A stretch of DNA of 63,985 bases, the filler included, from Perkinsus chesapeaki ATCC PRA-425 (lineage: Eukaryota; Protista; Perkinsozoa), in NCBI GenBank assembly GCA_013115145.1. It is 9 parts of 9 records of this genome, joined end to end, with 100 filler letters (N's around TTAATTAATTAA, not from the genome) between each part and the next. Parts side by side here need not be neighbours in the genome. Positions count along the whole stretch, not along the records: positions 36,952 to 41,736 come from JAAPAO010001224.1; positions 41,837 to 43,223 come from JAAPAO010001992.1; positions 43,324 to 53,304 come from JAAPAO010000910.1; 6 more parts are not named here. One strand, written 5' to 3'. The number at the start of each line of letters is the position of its first letter. Within the stretch, counting starts at the first letter, position 1. The notes beneath the pieces are model-generated. The model worked only from the letters and a program-made list of their open reading frames with translations. It ran no database searches and was not told where the DNA came from. Below, piece by piece: positions 38,301-49,863 of this stretch. Made by a program: the position numbers and the translations under genes.

Positions 38301-38525
38301 TCTCACCTGATCCACTTTAACCGGCTCAGTTTTCCTCTTCAGCAAAGATGCAATCATTTCCGAACAGATCGAATCATGCGACCCAATAGCGTAACCGGAC
38401 ATGCCATCGTGATAAACCTGAGAAACCCACAAGTATAATTTCCGCGCGAGTTCTTTCCCTCCCACTGTTCTGATTTACACATCGAAAAGATTCCATAACA
38501 TCTCTTTACCAACTATAAAGGTACC

Positions 38526-38660
38526 CAACATATCTTCACGCACTATCAAGATTCCATAACGTATCTTCACGCACTATCAAGATTCCATAACGTATCTTTA
38601 CGCACTATCAAGATTCCATAACGTATCTTTACGCACTATAAAGAATCCAGTACGTATCTA
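38526..38660. repeat. 31-nt tandem repeat, ~4 copies
   Basis: TATCTT(C/T)ACGCACTATCAAGATTCCATAACG with period 31. Confidence 0.9.
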
Positions 38661-40816
38661 TAAGATACTTTTTATTTTACCACTCCCACTGCCGACAATC
38701 CATTCGGTCTTAATGTGCATGTTGTAATATCGCTCATCGCCAATAAACCGCGACGATCAAATCGAAGGGTATAATCTGGACGGAGAACCTGAATAGGGAG
38801 GTCCCAGGTTCGATCCCGGCAAGGAACAACTTTAAATATTTATTAACGCGTTAAATTTCTGATTCTTAACCACGGACTTATTCTATATAATATAGACTAC
38901 AGTAAAGCTTCTATTATATCTACTCCGTATCACTAGTAATATATTTCATATCAAACTTGCCAGAAGCTTAAGATACGTCATCAAGATATAAAAATCTTTA
39001 CAGTGCGAAAATATACCCCTCCATTATTACCAGGCAAATTACGCTCGGGACTGATAAAGACTGCCGATAGCACTCCACCAGCGAACGGAGAAGATTCTCA
39101 GCCAATACCGGCGGACACGATAAAATCTGAAATATCTTAGCTTCAAGCATGCAAGATACTCAGGAGCTTACAATCATGTCAGCCCACTTTCTTATTCCCG
39201 AAAGATTCTCCATTTCAACCGCGTTGTCGGGAAGACTCGACAAGCTTTTTTCTGGATTGTGCCCAGACACACCACACACCCTGAAAAATGGGAAATTTAA
39301 ATCTCAACTTTTTTCCGCAACCATCGCGGAAAAAATCGCGGAATCATAGGTCGAACCATGCCCTGAACATTTTATCACTAATTTCATTTTTCCTTAAATG
39401 CCAAGTAAAACTCTGACAATCACCGTAAGATAGATCAAATCGATCAGGTGATCGATATTACCTGACTTCCCTATTAAACAACCATCCATGTATTTTCCCT
39501 CCTTGTCGACTATTCCGGCAAACATCACCAATCAAAGCTTCATCTCCCTCAATACTGTCCGTCAAGATAGCTATCTGTAATCGATCACGTGATCGATTTG
39601 GGGGAAAAGCTATATTACGTTTATCACTGCCAAATCAGCCGTTGTCGAGTTCACGTTTCCACCAGCGTTACTCGACGTCGACGTATACGATGCTTTAGAG
39701 TAACTATCGAATCAATCATCCAAATCAATCCGCAGAAAATCAACTCAAATTCAAGCTGACAATTCAGCTAAAACAAAGAATACAAATGCCATGTACACTC
39801 ATAAGGAATGGCCTTCGTGAAATGCACTTGCCGAATTTACGTTATATCTCCGCACTAGTAACATATTCCAACGGCTTTCAGTGAAACATATTTCAGAGAG
39901 GTTGAGTAAGCCTGATACACAACCCTAAAATATTTCGTCAACTGTTACAAAGCGTCTCATCTAGTTGACCCAAACTGAAAATTTCTGGTAAAAAATGGAA
40001 AAAAAACTAGCTGAGGTACAAAAGGCCGCAATATCATTAAGTTCCCACGGGAGTTTAACGAATTGAACGATAATCAAGTTTCAAAGTCGATGTTTGTCAT
40101 ATTGCTCCTCAAGGATTGAAAAGTGGTGATGAGGAAAAAGTTTCTCTAGAAAATATGTCCCAAGACTACCAAAAGGAAACGTGAAATGCGTTCCTCCTAG
40201 ACCTAAAACCCGATCCTTCCTATCACACCTTGACCGAAAGAAAGTCCTTTATATTAAACTTATTAATAATAGCTACTAGATATCTCTACTACTTATTATA
40301 ATTAACCTTCGACATTTTATATGATAACGAATTGACACATTCAGTAGATGTTATCGATTATATTCAATAACAATGTACCAAACCATAACATTTCCGACAA
40401 AGTAAGCATTATTTCACTAAGTGGCAAACATCATCAATACCTACTTGAAATGAAATCAGAATACACTATAAGTCCAAAAAGTTTAACTTTCAGCGACTTT
40501 TACTAGGTTTCTAATAGGAATTTACCCCACAAGGCAAATATCAATTAATAGTAACATATGAAGCTTATTAATCATTTTAACATCCATTGCTGGCAAATTG
40601 GTGATTTTGAATCAGGCTAATCATTAACCCGAAACCCGAAGATCCTCATCCACCGCCAAAAGATTCTTTCGTCGTACTTCAGACAAACGCGGACCCGATT
40701 AGTACTTTTTTCCGAGCCGACTTGCCGTGCTCGCGCTTCCATATTTTGAATCATCCCGTGGAGACCGATGCTTCATAGAATCTTTAATGTTGTTATCACC
40801 TATCAACGAAATATGA

Positions 40817-40970
40817 AGAATTTGACCTAAAGGTGCGCCTGGAACGCACTCCAAAGGATTTGACCTAAAGGTGCGCCTGGAACGCACTACAAAGAATTTG
40901 ACCTAAAGATGCGCCTGGAACGCACTACAAAGAATTTGACCTAAAGGTGCGCCTGGAACGCACTACAAAA
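40817..40970. repeat. 38-nt tandem repeat, 4 copies
   Basis: TTTGACCTAAAGGTGCGCCTGGAACGCACTACAAAGAA at 40821, 40859, 40897 and 40935. Confidence 0.92.
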
Positions 40971-41678
40971 GTTTTCCGTTGATGACAGGCTATTTGGGAG
41001 CATGTCGGAATGCCTCGATACGACCGACGTGAAAAAATCCATAAAACAGAAACTGAGTAAAATCGGTATCACTTTCCTCCTGAATGAGTCTTCCTTACCA
41101 TTCCTGTCCCGGGTTGCTCCCAAGGCGTGCCGTCGCGGTATAGAAAGAAATATACTATTGAAGCATGTGGTGAAGGGTGATGTACAAAATGATGACATAA
41201 TCTGAAATAGTTAATGAGGTTGGAAAAATGACAGAAAGATGTTTCAGCCGTGGATCGAACAAGAGACCAGTGTGGAAAACGCGTATTTCTTTTCGCTCGC
41301 CCCAAATTTCCCTTCGGATCATCCGAGTCGGATGTCACAATTTTGTTTTGAGGAAGAGAATATTTCCTCGTCACGCTTATTCGCCGACCGCTTTCATTGT
41401 TCACACGTCATTCTTAAGTCTACATCTAGCTATAGTATAGCTGCTATACAGTCTAGGATATAGACTGTCCATTATCGGACAATAGGCGTGAAGAGATACC
41501 TGAAAGTTCGAATTTCTGGTTAGATGTGGTTCGATGTGCGAAGTCACTTCGTCAAAGTGGATTGCACGGGTGTGAAGCGTTCACTAGAACTAAGATCCAA
41601 ATCCGACAGCTGCATAACAGTGTTATGATAACACAATGCGGAGAGTAACGAATAGAATGCAATTAGGGTGTGCCGCTT

Positions 41679-41736
41679 TGAAATTTCACGTGAAATTTCA
41701 CTTCTGAAATTTCATGAAATTTCAGAAATTTCATGA
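41679..41736. repeat. Array of palindromic TGAAATTTCA-like units
   Basis: tgaaatttcacgtgaaatttcacttctgaaatttcatgaaatttcagaaatttcatga at the contig end. Confidence 0.85.
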
Positions 41737-41836
41737 NNNNNNNNNNNNNNNNNNNNNNNNNNNNNNNNNNNNNNNNNNNNTTAATTAATTAANNNNNNNN
41801 NNNNNNNNNNNNNNNNNNNNNNNNNNNNNNNNNNNN
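41737..41836. other. Artificial contig linker
   Basis: 44 N + TTAATTAATTAA + 44 N. Confidence 0.97.
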
Positions 41837-42615
41837 CCCCACCGGGGTGGGAGCACGTGGATGGTTTAGGAGACGATATATACCAGAACCTCTTACGGTT
41901 TGTTGTCCCAAAGTTTCTGGAGGAGTTCAAGGATCTCTTTGTTCCACGTCCGGGTGTTTTGATCAAGCCGGAACACTCGGTCTAGACTGGCACGGCTCCT
42001 CCTATCTGTGAAAGGATAAAGCCTATCCCACACAAGTATCGGAAAGAGATTTAGATGGAGGAGCTAGATGTTATAAGAAGAAGTACGTCTGCATGGAGGT
42101 TTCCCTGTGTCTTCGTCCCGAAGAAGAATGGTAAAGTTAGAATGAATATTGACTATAGGAGCCTTAAAGCATGCCATACCGTGGCGTACCCGGTGCCCCG
42201 GCGGGATGACGTGCAAGAGCACCTGGCTGGCGCACAAGTACAAATTCTCGACCCTCGATTTGAGGAGTGGCTATTGGCAGATCACCGCTCGTGGGGAGGA
42301 TCAGCGGAAGACCGCTTTCTGCCCAGGCCCAGGCTTCCCACTGTATGAGCGGGTGATGATGCCATTTTGCCTGGCCAGTGCCCCGGATACCTTCCAGCGT
42401 TTGATGGAGCGTTTCCTGGGACACATTTTGTGAGAGTGTATCTGCATGACGTCCTTATCTTCAGCAAATCTACCGAGGAACATCTTGAGAATCTTGAGAA
42501 TCTTGAGCATCTTGAGCATCAGGATCGTCTTCGAGCTTCTACGTGCAGCTGCTATGACCGTGGCCGCCGAGAAGTGTGAGTTCATGGAGGACAGGGTGAC
42601 ATATTTGGGAAGTTA
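41837..42615 (+). mobile_element. Ty3/Gypsy reverse-transcriptase remnant (frameshifted)
   Basis: SAWRFPCVFVPKKNGKVRMNIDYRSL, FSTLDLRSGYWQI, MPFCLASAPDTFQRLM and YLHDVLIFS (degenerate YxDD), spread over three frames. Confidence 0.9.
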
Positions 42616-43036
42616 ACGATTGGTACACATAGAACACGTACACTTAATGTTCAATCTCCATAAATCACGTTCATACTCAACTCGATTGCTTGAACCACGT
42701 ACACAGTCAGCTCGTTCGCTCCTATTCAGATCATCGGCAGTTCGACCACCAAAAGTACGTTCACTGTTATCTTGTATCCATAAACTCGGTACACTTGCAT
42801 TCAGTACACTAAAAGCTCGTACACTTTCATTCCGTTCACCCCCATTCCATACACCAAAATCACAATCCACACTTTTTTCATACACGCATAGCTCGTACAC
42901 TTTCATTTCGTACACTCCAAAAATTTTAAAAGGCAGTTGATGCGGCCGCATCAACTGCCTTTTGGAACTTGGAATTTCAATTCCCAGCTTAGTCACCCCG
43001 GGCTTTCAGCTCCTCACACTCCCATGAACTGAAAAT

Positions 43037-43106
43037 ACCCCGGGTTAGATTCGAACCTATAACCTTGCCCATGTCAGATAGCCCTTATACCACTAGAGCA
43101 ATCTGA
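43037..43106 (-). pseudogene. tRNA-derived sequence (tRNA pseudogene or SINE head)
   Basis: A-box-like TGCTCTAGTGGT and B-box GGTTCGAATC at tRNA spacing, followed by TTTT. The acceptor stem does not pair. Confidence 0.5.
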
Positions 43107-43223
43107 CTACACAAATCAATGTCGCATTGACTCGGTATTGATACCCCAAAAAGTGCTAATTGCTCCGCCGGACAGACAAAGTTTGCCGGTTATGTCGCCT
43201 CTGGGGATTGAACGCTCAACCTT

Positions 43224-43323
43224 NNNNNNNNNNNNNNNNNNNNNNNNNNNNNNNNNNNNNNNNNNNNTTAATTAATTAANNNNNNNNNNNNNNNNNNNNN
43301 NNNNNNNNNNNNNNNNNNNNNNN
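43224..43323. other. Artificial contig linker
   Basis: 44 N + TTAATTAATTAA + 44 N. Confidence 0.97.
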
Positions 43324-43379
43324 GAGCTCGGAACTCGGGTCCGAGCACTCGGACTCGGAACTCGGAAGCCCATTTCACT

Positions 43380-45664
43380 TTAATCGCCTCCTGGAGAGAG
43401 GTTTGCCCATAATCTTGGCGTAGCATTGTATGCTCTCACTGCCAGGAGGTAATCCGACACATAAGACTCTTCTCTTTCTTCTGAAGTTCTACTACTCCTG
43501 ATAGCCTTAGTGACCTCAACGAAGTCCTTATGTGGCCTTTCCCAAAAGCTTAGGAATTGGGCATACCCAGGCAGCGTATAGTATTTCACACCGTGCTTAG
43601 CTAGAACCACCTTCACATCTTTCCTTATGAAGTGGACCCTATCCTGATCCGTCAATAGGACTCGGGGGGATCCGTGCTCACAAAAGATGGAATGGAAGGC
43701 TAACGCTATGGTCTTGGGGAGGGAGTCTCTCAATACCCTAGCACAGGTGAAACCAGATACATGATCATGTACCAACAGTAGGTAGTGGTCCACCTCTCCT
43801 GAGTCAGGAGAATGTTTACCATAGGGTCCGGCTAGGTCTGCACCTACAACTTGCCATAACCCCGTAGAGACCAAACCTTGTACATGAGTGGTGACATAGT
43901 CCAGCCTTCTAGAGGCTCTAGCCTTCAGACACGACACACAAGAACCAATCGTGCCCTTAACCAATCGCTTAAGGCCTTTTCTCCAGAACCTTAAGGTTAA
44001 TTTACCATATACTCTAGGACCACCAAGGTGACCATAGATGTAATGATAAATAACGGCTAGAATCCTCACCATACAGCTCGAATAGTCAGACTCGCCAAGA
44101 TAGAGAACACCTTTACCATATAGCCGGTCGGACTCGTCCATGCTGCTGGGCCTTCTATGAACGAGACCATCTCTATCCACATAACAGATGCGCCCTAATC
44201 TCTCTAGAGTCGTGGATTTCAAACCGAGCTGAGCCTTGGCAATGTCGCCCACCAGATACAACCGGAACTGACAGAGTTCACCGTCCACCATCTGGCATCT
44301 TCTCGCACATACTGTGACCGTTTCCTCGAAGCCTTCATCATTCAATAGTTCTCCATCATAACGACCATCCGGGGTAGCATAAGCCATCAAACTCCCTAGC
44401 TCCGAAGCCTCGTCAGCCGGGAAGTGCCCTACATCGGGGAGGTCTATACCATCAGTAGTCAGAACCAAAACCTTCCCTTCATCATTTTCGGCCTTATTGT
44501 CACCCAACTCCTCATAGTCGTATACCACCTTTGAAGACTCCATAGCAGCCAAGACTTCTGCCCCTATAATCTGTCTACCGAAGTCCAATCGTGCCCTAGT
44601 GATGGAATCAGCGAAGTTCAACTCGGAAGGGATGTGCTTGATCACGCAGTTAAGCTCCTTACACATAGACCTTATCTCAGCAAGTCGTCGGCGTTCTGGT
44701 GCCGGTAACTTCTTATCATTGGCCTCCTTCCTTAGTCGATAGATAGTAATCTCACTGTCGCAGAGCAACTGGATCTTCTTTGGCTTGAACTCTGGGGCTA
44801 GATACAATAATGGTGCTTGAAGCGGTCGTAAGATAGTGTGCACAGGTAGATGACTAGACACCATACGGATATACTTGAGCCCTTGATGTACACCAACCAG
44901 CTCTTTCCTCGGGATGGACCAGGTAGATTGGGTAGCTGGAAATATACCACCCTTAGCCATAAGCCTTATACCCGAGAAGTCACCGTCCAGCCTTGCATCA
45001 ACGCCCCATGCATCTGTAGAAGCGTCCGTGGACACTATCAGTGACCTTTCAGTCAGATCCATAAACCTTTGGGTTCCTAGTTCGCAGGAAATGCGCTGCG
45101 CGTCATGGGCCCATTGGTTTAGCCGTTGGGCTAATAAGTCATCAATCACGTCAGTCCAGTCCTTATGGCCTTCACAGATGTCATGCCATAGGAATCTTCC
45201 CTGCATATCTAACTCTAGTGATAACCCTAGTGGGTCATAGAGAGAAGACAATATAGCTGACGTTTGGTTACCTTTTGACCCGATGAGCTACCCGAAAAGA
45301 TACAGTGAAGCTCATCACGATCAATAGCCAATAGGTACCCTAATATGTGACCACTAGCCTTATCACCGGTACCGGGAATACCACCAAATGAAGCTACTAT
45401 ATCCTTCGCTGGATCCGTACAAAGTCCGTGTCCTTTGAAGATGTAGCTTATGAAGTCCCTACAACTCTCCGCCATAGCCATCGTGTTTCCTCCAAAGAAG
45501 AGGTCGTCGACAAACCGTTGGAATAACATCTTAGTAGGGATAGGGGGGCCGTTCATGATATAGTCGATGGCACCCTCGGTGGGGAGTAGCAGGACTTTAG
45601 CTAGTTGCCCGCGATCCAACACCTTAGGGTCAACAACACACCTTCGAGATGAGAGGGTATACAA
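43380..45664 (-). CDS. Pol C-terminal part (RT palm, RNase H, integrase), two frameshifts
   Basis: QRFVDDLFFGG; TKRQ...SSLYDPLG; TDASTDAWG; WSIPRKELVG; DSEITIYRL; HIPSELNFADSITR; HYIYGHLGG...CVSC; VGADLAGP; LLTDQD; SFWERPHK. Frameshifts near 45660 and 45250. Confidence 0.85.
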
Positions 45665-48600
45665 CCAACGATATCTTTAATCTCGTCAACCACATCATAA
45701 GACGAAGCCTCCAACATATTTGGTGCCATAGTACTCCCGAAGGAGATTCTTTCCCATAGTACCGTATAGTCCCCTATACAGGTGTAAGCTGTATAAGGTA
45801 AATCAGTTAAGGATGCCGTCATTTGGCAAAAGGCCTTTGACACATCCGAACCGATTAGATGACGGAAACTCCTTATATGTAGCAATACCCCTAATAGATC
45901 ACTCTGGGCCTTGCCACCCTTATAGCAATACCGATTGAGCTCCCGGAAATCGAGTACGATCCTACAAGGAGTAGTAACATGATTGTCTCTAAACACCGTG
46001 TGGGACGGCGTGAAGTGTCGGGGCAATGTTACCATAGTCCCCTGAAGACCACTACCCTTAGTCAAGAGGTTCCATACCCGTTGACATTCCGTAGCCGTAG
46101 GGGGTTTGCCATAGTCGCCCTCCTTGTTATCCTTGACCACACCGCAGAAGCCTCTACTAACATACTGATCCAAAGCCTTCTCGAATGCTTCCTTCTGTGT
46201 AGCCGTAAGGCGTTGTACTGAATGGGCTCCTCTCTTAGCAGCATATCTGTAATTCATCTCAGGTCTATCCTCGTTAATCCAGGGGGTAGACACCATAACT
46301 CTGCCAAGTACAGCCTTATCGTCGTACAACCATTGCCTTTGGAGTACTTCCCAAGGAGGTTTATTGTCCACTGAGTCATCCGAGTCCTCTTCCTGTAGTT
46401 GCCCGCGTTGGCGATCTTCTTTACTGTGATCAGTAATTTCTTGTAGGGGGGTGTCCTTATCCGAGCCGACAATGTTAGAACCATTCGAGTCATAAACCGG
46501 AAGTTGCTCCCCCTGGCCACCAAATACAGTGGTCAAAGTAGAAACCTTAGTATCATACTCTGGTCCTTCTTCACACCGATGAGAACACCATACAGAATCT
46601 GGACTCATAAGTTCCTCTAGTGATATAGAGGAAACCGTTGCCATAGAGGGGTCGCTTTCCCTTAAAAGGTCATTCATCTTATGGACTTGTTGTTGAATCC
46701 CTAAGTTCTCATTAGAGAGTAATGAGAGAGATAACCTTTCATCAGATAGGTATACAACCTTATCCTCAAAGCGGACCTTCTTGACATCAGTGGGGTTACT
46801 TTCTACAACCGGGGGAATCGGATTCGTATGAATCTTGACCCCTGTGGGAGTGAAGTTTATAGAGGCGTTCAACCTAGCTAGCGTTGAGCACCCTAGAAGG
46901 ACAGATACCGTCATAGTGTCCTCCGTAACAATAAACCACTCTGTAACCGCAACACTCGCGGTCGCTATAGTCAGTCGTACCTTCCCCAGAATACTCATAG
47001 GGGCACCATCAGCAACACTGACCTTGGGTACCTCACCATAGCCTAATACCGCACCAGGCACATAATCCCTAAGGGTAGAGACCGTTATGAGAGACACTTC
47101 AGTTCCTGTATCAAATAAAGCTGCCACGGGCTTGCCTTCTAAAAGAACTTCTCCTATAACCATAGGGATGTGGCCCGTAGTAGTAGCTGCGACCTTACAG
47201 GAAGTGATCACGTCGTCTCTGGCATTCACCATATGCACAGGTGCATTGGCTCTATTTCTACCCATAGCTCTCGGGGTACCTGGACCTTGGGAACCGACTG
47301 GTGCATCTGCCCTACAAGTATAGGCAAGATGACCTGGGAAGTTACATCTTCTGCAGACCGCCCTCTCAACCTTAACGTTACAACCATCAAGTTTGTGTGC
47401 TGGGCTTCCACATCTGATGCACCTCTTGTCCATATCAGCCGGTTCTGGAGCCGTACATCTACTAGCCGAGTGGCCTGGCTTTAAACACCTATAACACTTG
47501 ATAGCAGCGGTGTCACGACCAATAGCCATAATGTACTGCTCCGTATAGAGATCCATAGCCTCAGAGTCCACGTTGGACCCTATAGAATGGACCGAACCTT
47601 CTCTGACTCTACTGGTAGATCTGTACCTATACCTCGACCTTTCCTTGGGGGTGATGTCACCGTCTGTAATCATCTTCGAGATCTGGTACATCCTTTGGGC
47701 TTGCTCATTTACACGCTTCTTCAACGCCTTAAATGATACCCTAGAGTCAGATACATAGTCGTCCAGCTTCCCTCTTAGTTCCTTATCGCTTAAACCCATA
47801 TATAGCTTCCACTTCAGTGTATATTCTAGGATGGGAGAACCGAGATAATACAGTTCCGTAGAGAGCTTCTCCAATCTTTTGACATACCGACATACAGATT
47901 CACTACCCTGTTTGCAAGTTTCAAAACTCTTAAGGGTACGCTGTAGCTTCTCATCCGTATCGTACAGCTTCCTGAACCTTCGGTACACCTTAGATAGATT
48001 CTTGGAGTATGAGTTGTAGCACCGAGAGGGAACATAATGGCCGCTCACAACAGCATCCCAACAGTCTCCTTCTGTATGCTCCTTCAACCATAGATACTGA
48101 ACGACCTCCGAGTGGCCTTCGGTCTTCTTCTCCATCTCTGTCAACCACATGGTGCCGGACCTTCGATCCTCATTCCCTCTAAACTTATACTCAACCTTTA
48201 GTTTTATAGCCGTCTGTTGAGCACTGTCAAATTCCTTACTAGTCATAGGATCCCTGCACCTTCTAGACTGGCACCCATCACATATCTTCCTTAAGCCATT
48301 AGCTCTTCTATGGGGTCTATAGTGGGACCCTCGAGTCAACCTATACTCTATCCCACTATTAGAGCTGAAGCCTTCAGAAGAATCACTTGAGGTAGGCCTT
48401 CTCGTGCGCCTTCTGCCACTGCTTCTGGGTGAAGCAGATGATGTACTTGAACTAGAGTCACTAGGAGGGGGTGACCTTCGTCCTCGGCGCCTCGATCTAA
48501 TTTGCCTTGACCTCCTACTCGATCCTTCGTCTTCACGAAGCTTCTTACCATTTTTAGATGCCGTCTTAGTGTTGCTGACCGTAGAGCCTTTAGACCGGTA

Positions 48601-49863
48601 ACTCTTAGTAGAGTTTACTCTCTCCTTGTGACATCTGTCCCTTATGTGCTTTCCGGTAGACTCGTCGCCGGACGCCTCTAAGGAGACATAATCCTCTTTA
48701 GCATCTCTCATTCCCTTTAGGTCATCCATCTTAGGTGTATCCTTAGGAGGTAACTCTACTTTCTTATGCTCAGGCACTCGATCATCTTTGTGAGTTTCAT
48801 CTACCCTTTCCTTATCATAACAGCTTGAAGATGAACCTCCATTAGAATCAAGAATATCATTATTTAATTCAGGACCAAATGGTAACAATATAGTATCATG
48901 CAGATCATAACCAGCCGAAGCCGAATTGGGTAAGGGATCCTCAGGGGTTCCCTTATTTATAGATAGCGTATAACAATATAATGGTTTAGGGTTAGGAGTT
49001 ACTGGTATAGCAGCAGTATCATACGTAGCCATATTTATAGCGCCAACCATAGGCATTCCACCAACATTACTAGTAATTTCACCATTTCTACCAGAGATCT
49101 CTATAGCATCATGAGACTCGCTATCCTTAAGGGATGATGAGTCATTACCACCAATAGTTAGGGGTTCATTCACCTTAGACACCACTTGTTCACCTTTCGA
49201 ATTACACCTTACCGTGGGAATGACGTCCTCGATAAGACACGGTAGGAGTGGCGTAGTTACAGTCTCAGGGTCTTCTACGATACCAACTTCGACCCGCAAA
49301 CCGCACGGTGCCTCAATCAATACCATACTTCGAAAGGAGGCCCTATCTACGCCCCCGGGAGAGCCCGCCGAACAAACGTGAGGACGTTCCTCATTAGCCG
49401 CTTTAATGGCCCTTGAGCTCCCCATAGAGGTGAGACATACCTTAATCGTCCTTCCGGACCCTCCGGTAGATCGCAACATGAAATCCAAAGGCTTCCTGAG
49501 CTGTAACGTACCACTGAGGACTCGTTGGTCAGGATAGGCGTGATAATAACGCCCCCCTTCCAACGCCTCGCTAACCCTAGTAACAGTATCTCCTTCCAAA
49601 TCAGTAGGATAGGCCATACCGTACTCGAGACCACAAGTAGCGTTCGCCAGGACATCACCCTGGCTCGTTAGGTTTGAAGTGATGCTACCATAGCTAGAGA
49701 GAGCCGCCTCCCGGCTGCCCAAACCTGGTACCGTTATTGCGTGGTCCCTGCCAGTTCGGATCCTAGACCTTCCACTTCGCGTCGCGAAGTTCGCGATGGT
49801 AGCCAAGTATCCTTCTGGCAACACCCATAGTGGATAACTTGAACAGTCAACCCCTGCAACCAC
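45601..49863 (-). CDS. Gag-protease-RT polyprotein ORF (1420 aa) with a long N-terminal extension
   Basis: CYRCLKPGHSASRC, CIRCGSPAHKLDGC, CRRCNFPGHLAYTC; LFDTGTEVSLI; HFTPSHTVFRDNHVTTPCRIVLDF; SDVSKAFCQM; ISFGSTMAPNML. Confidence 0.9.
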   Translation of the reverse strand: MVAGVDCSSYPLWVLPEGYLATIANFATRSGRSRIRTGRDHAITVPGLGSREAALSSYGSITSNLTSQGDVLANATCGLEYGMAYPTDLEGDTVTRVSEALEGGRYYHAYPDQRVLSGTLQLRKPLDFMLRSTGGSGRTIKVCLTSMGSSRAIKAANEERPHVCSAGSPGGVDRASFRSMVLIEAPCGLRVEVGIVEDPETVTTPLLPCLIEDVIPTVRCNSKGEQVVSKVNEPLTIGGNDSSSLKDSESHDAIEISGRNGEITSNVGGMPMVGAINMATYDTAAIPVTPNPKPLYCYTLSINKGTPEDPLPNSASAGYDLHDTILLPFGPELNNDILDSNGGSSSSCYDKERVDETHKDDRVPEHKKVELPPKDTPKMDDLKGMRDAKEDYVSLEASGDESTGKHIRDRCHKERVNSTKSYRSKGSTVSNTKTASKNGKKLREDEGSSRRSRQIRSRRRGRRSPPPSDSSSSTSSASPRSSGRRRTRRPTSSDSSEGFSSNSGIEYRLTRGSHYRPHRRANGLRKICDGCQSRRCRDPMTSKEFDSAQQTAIKLKVEYKFRGNEDRRSGTMWLTEMEKKTEGHSEVVQYLWLKEHTEGDCWDAVVSGHYVPSRCYNSYSKNLSKVYRRFRKLYDTDEKLQRTLKSFETCKQGSESVCRYVKRLEKLSTELYYLGSPILEYTLKWKLYMGLSDKELRGKLDDYVSDSRVSFKALKKRVNEQAQRMYQISKMITDGDITPKERSRYRYRSTSRVREGSVHSIGSNVDSEAMDLYTEQYIMAIGRDTAAIKCYRCLKPGHSASRCTAPEPADMDKRCIRCGSPAHKLDGCNVKVERAVCRRCNFPGHLAYTCRADAPVGSQGPGTPRAMGRNRANAPVHMVNARDDVITSCKVAATTTGHIPMVIGEVLLEGKPVAALFDTGTEVSLITVSTLRDYVPGAVLGYGEVPKVSVADGAPMSILGKVRLTIATASVAVTEWFIVTEDTMTVSVLLGCSTLARLNASINFTPTGVKIHTNPIPPVVESNPTDVKKVRFEDKVVYLSDERLSLSLLSNENLGIQQQVHKMNDLLRESDPSMATVSSISLEELMSPDSVWCSHRCEEGPEYDTKVSTLTTVFGGQGEQLPVYDSNGSNIVGSDKDTPLQEITDHSKEDRQRGQLQEEDSDDSVDNKPPWEVLQRQWLYDDKAVLGRVMVSTPWINEDRPEMNYRYAAKRGAHSVQRLTATQKEAFEKALDQYVSRGFCGVVKDNKEGDYGKPPTATECQRVWNLLTKGSGLQGTMVTLPRHFTPSHTVFRDNHVTTPCRIVLDFRELNRYCYKGGKAQSDLLGVLLHIRSFRHLIGSDVSKAFCQMTASLTDLPYTAYTCIGDYTVLWERISFGSTMAPNMLEASSYDVVDEIKDIVGCIPSHLEGVLLTLRCWIAGN

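Noticed and set aside
37090-38830. Functional tRNA genes
   Set aside because: Only T-arm/B-box pieces are recognisable; no cloverleaf with a paired acceptor stem could be built.
36952-40970. CRISPR-like arrays (21-40-nt repeats)
   Set aside because: Units are directly adjacent with no unique spacers, there are no cas genes, and the context is eukaryotic.
40941-41463. Protein-coding gene in short overlapping ORFs
   Set aside because: Fragmented by stops, with no recognisable motif or splice pattern.
48880-48940. dUTPase domain in the retrotransposon (SAGYDL)
   Set aside because: Only motif 1 resembles dUTPase; motifs 2-5 are not visible downstream.
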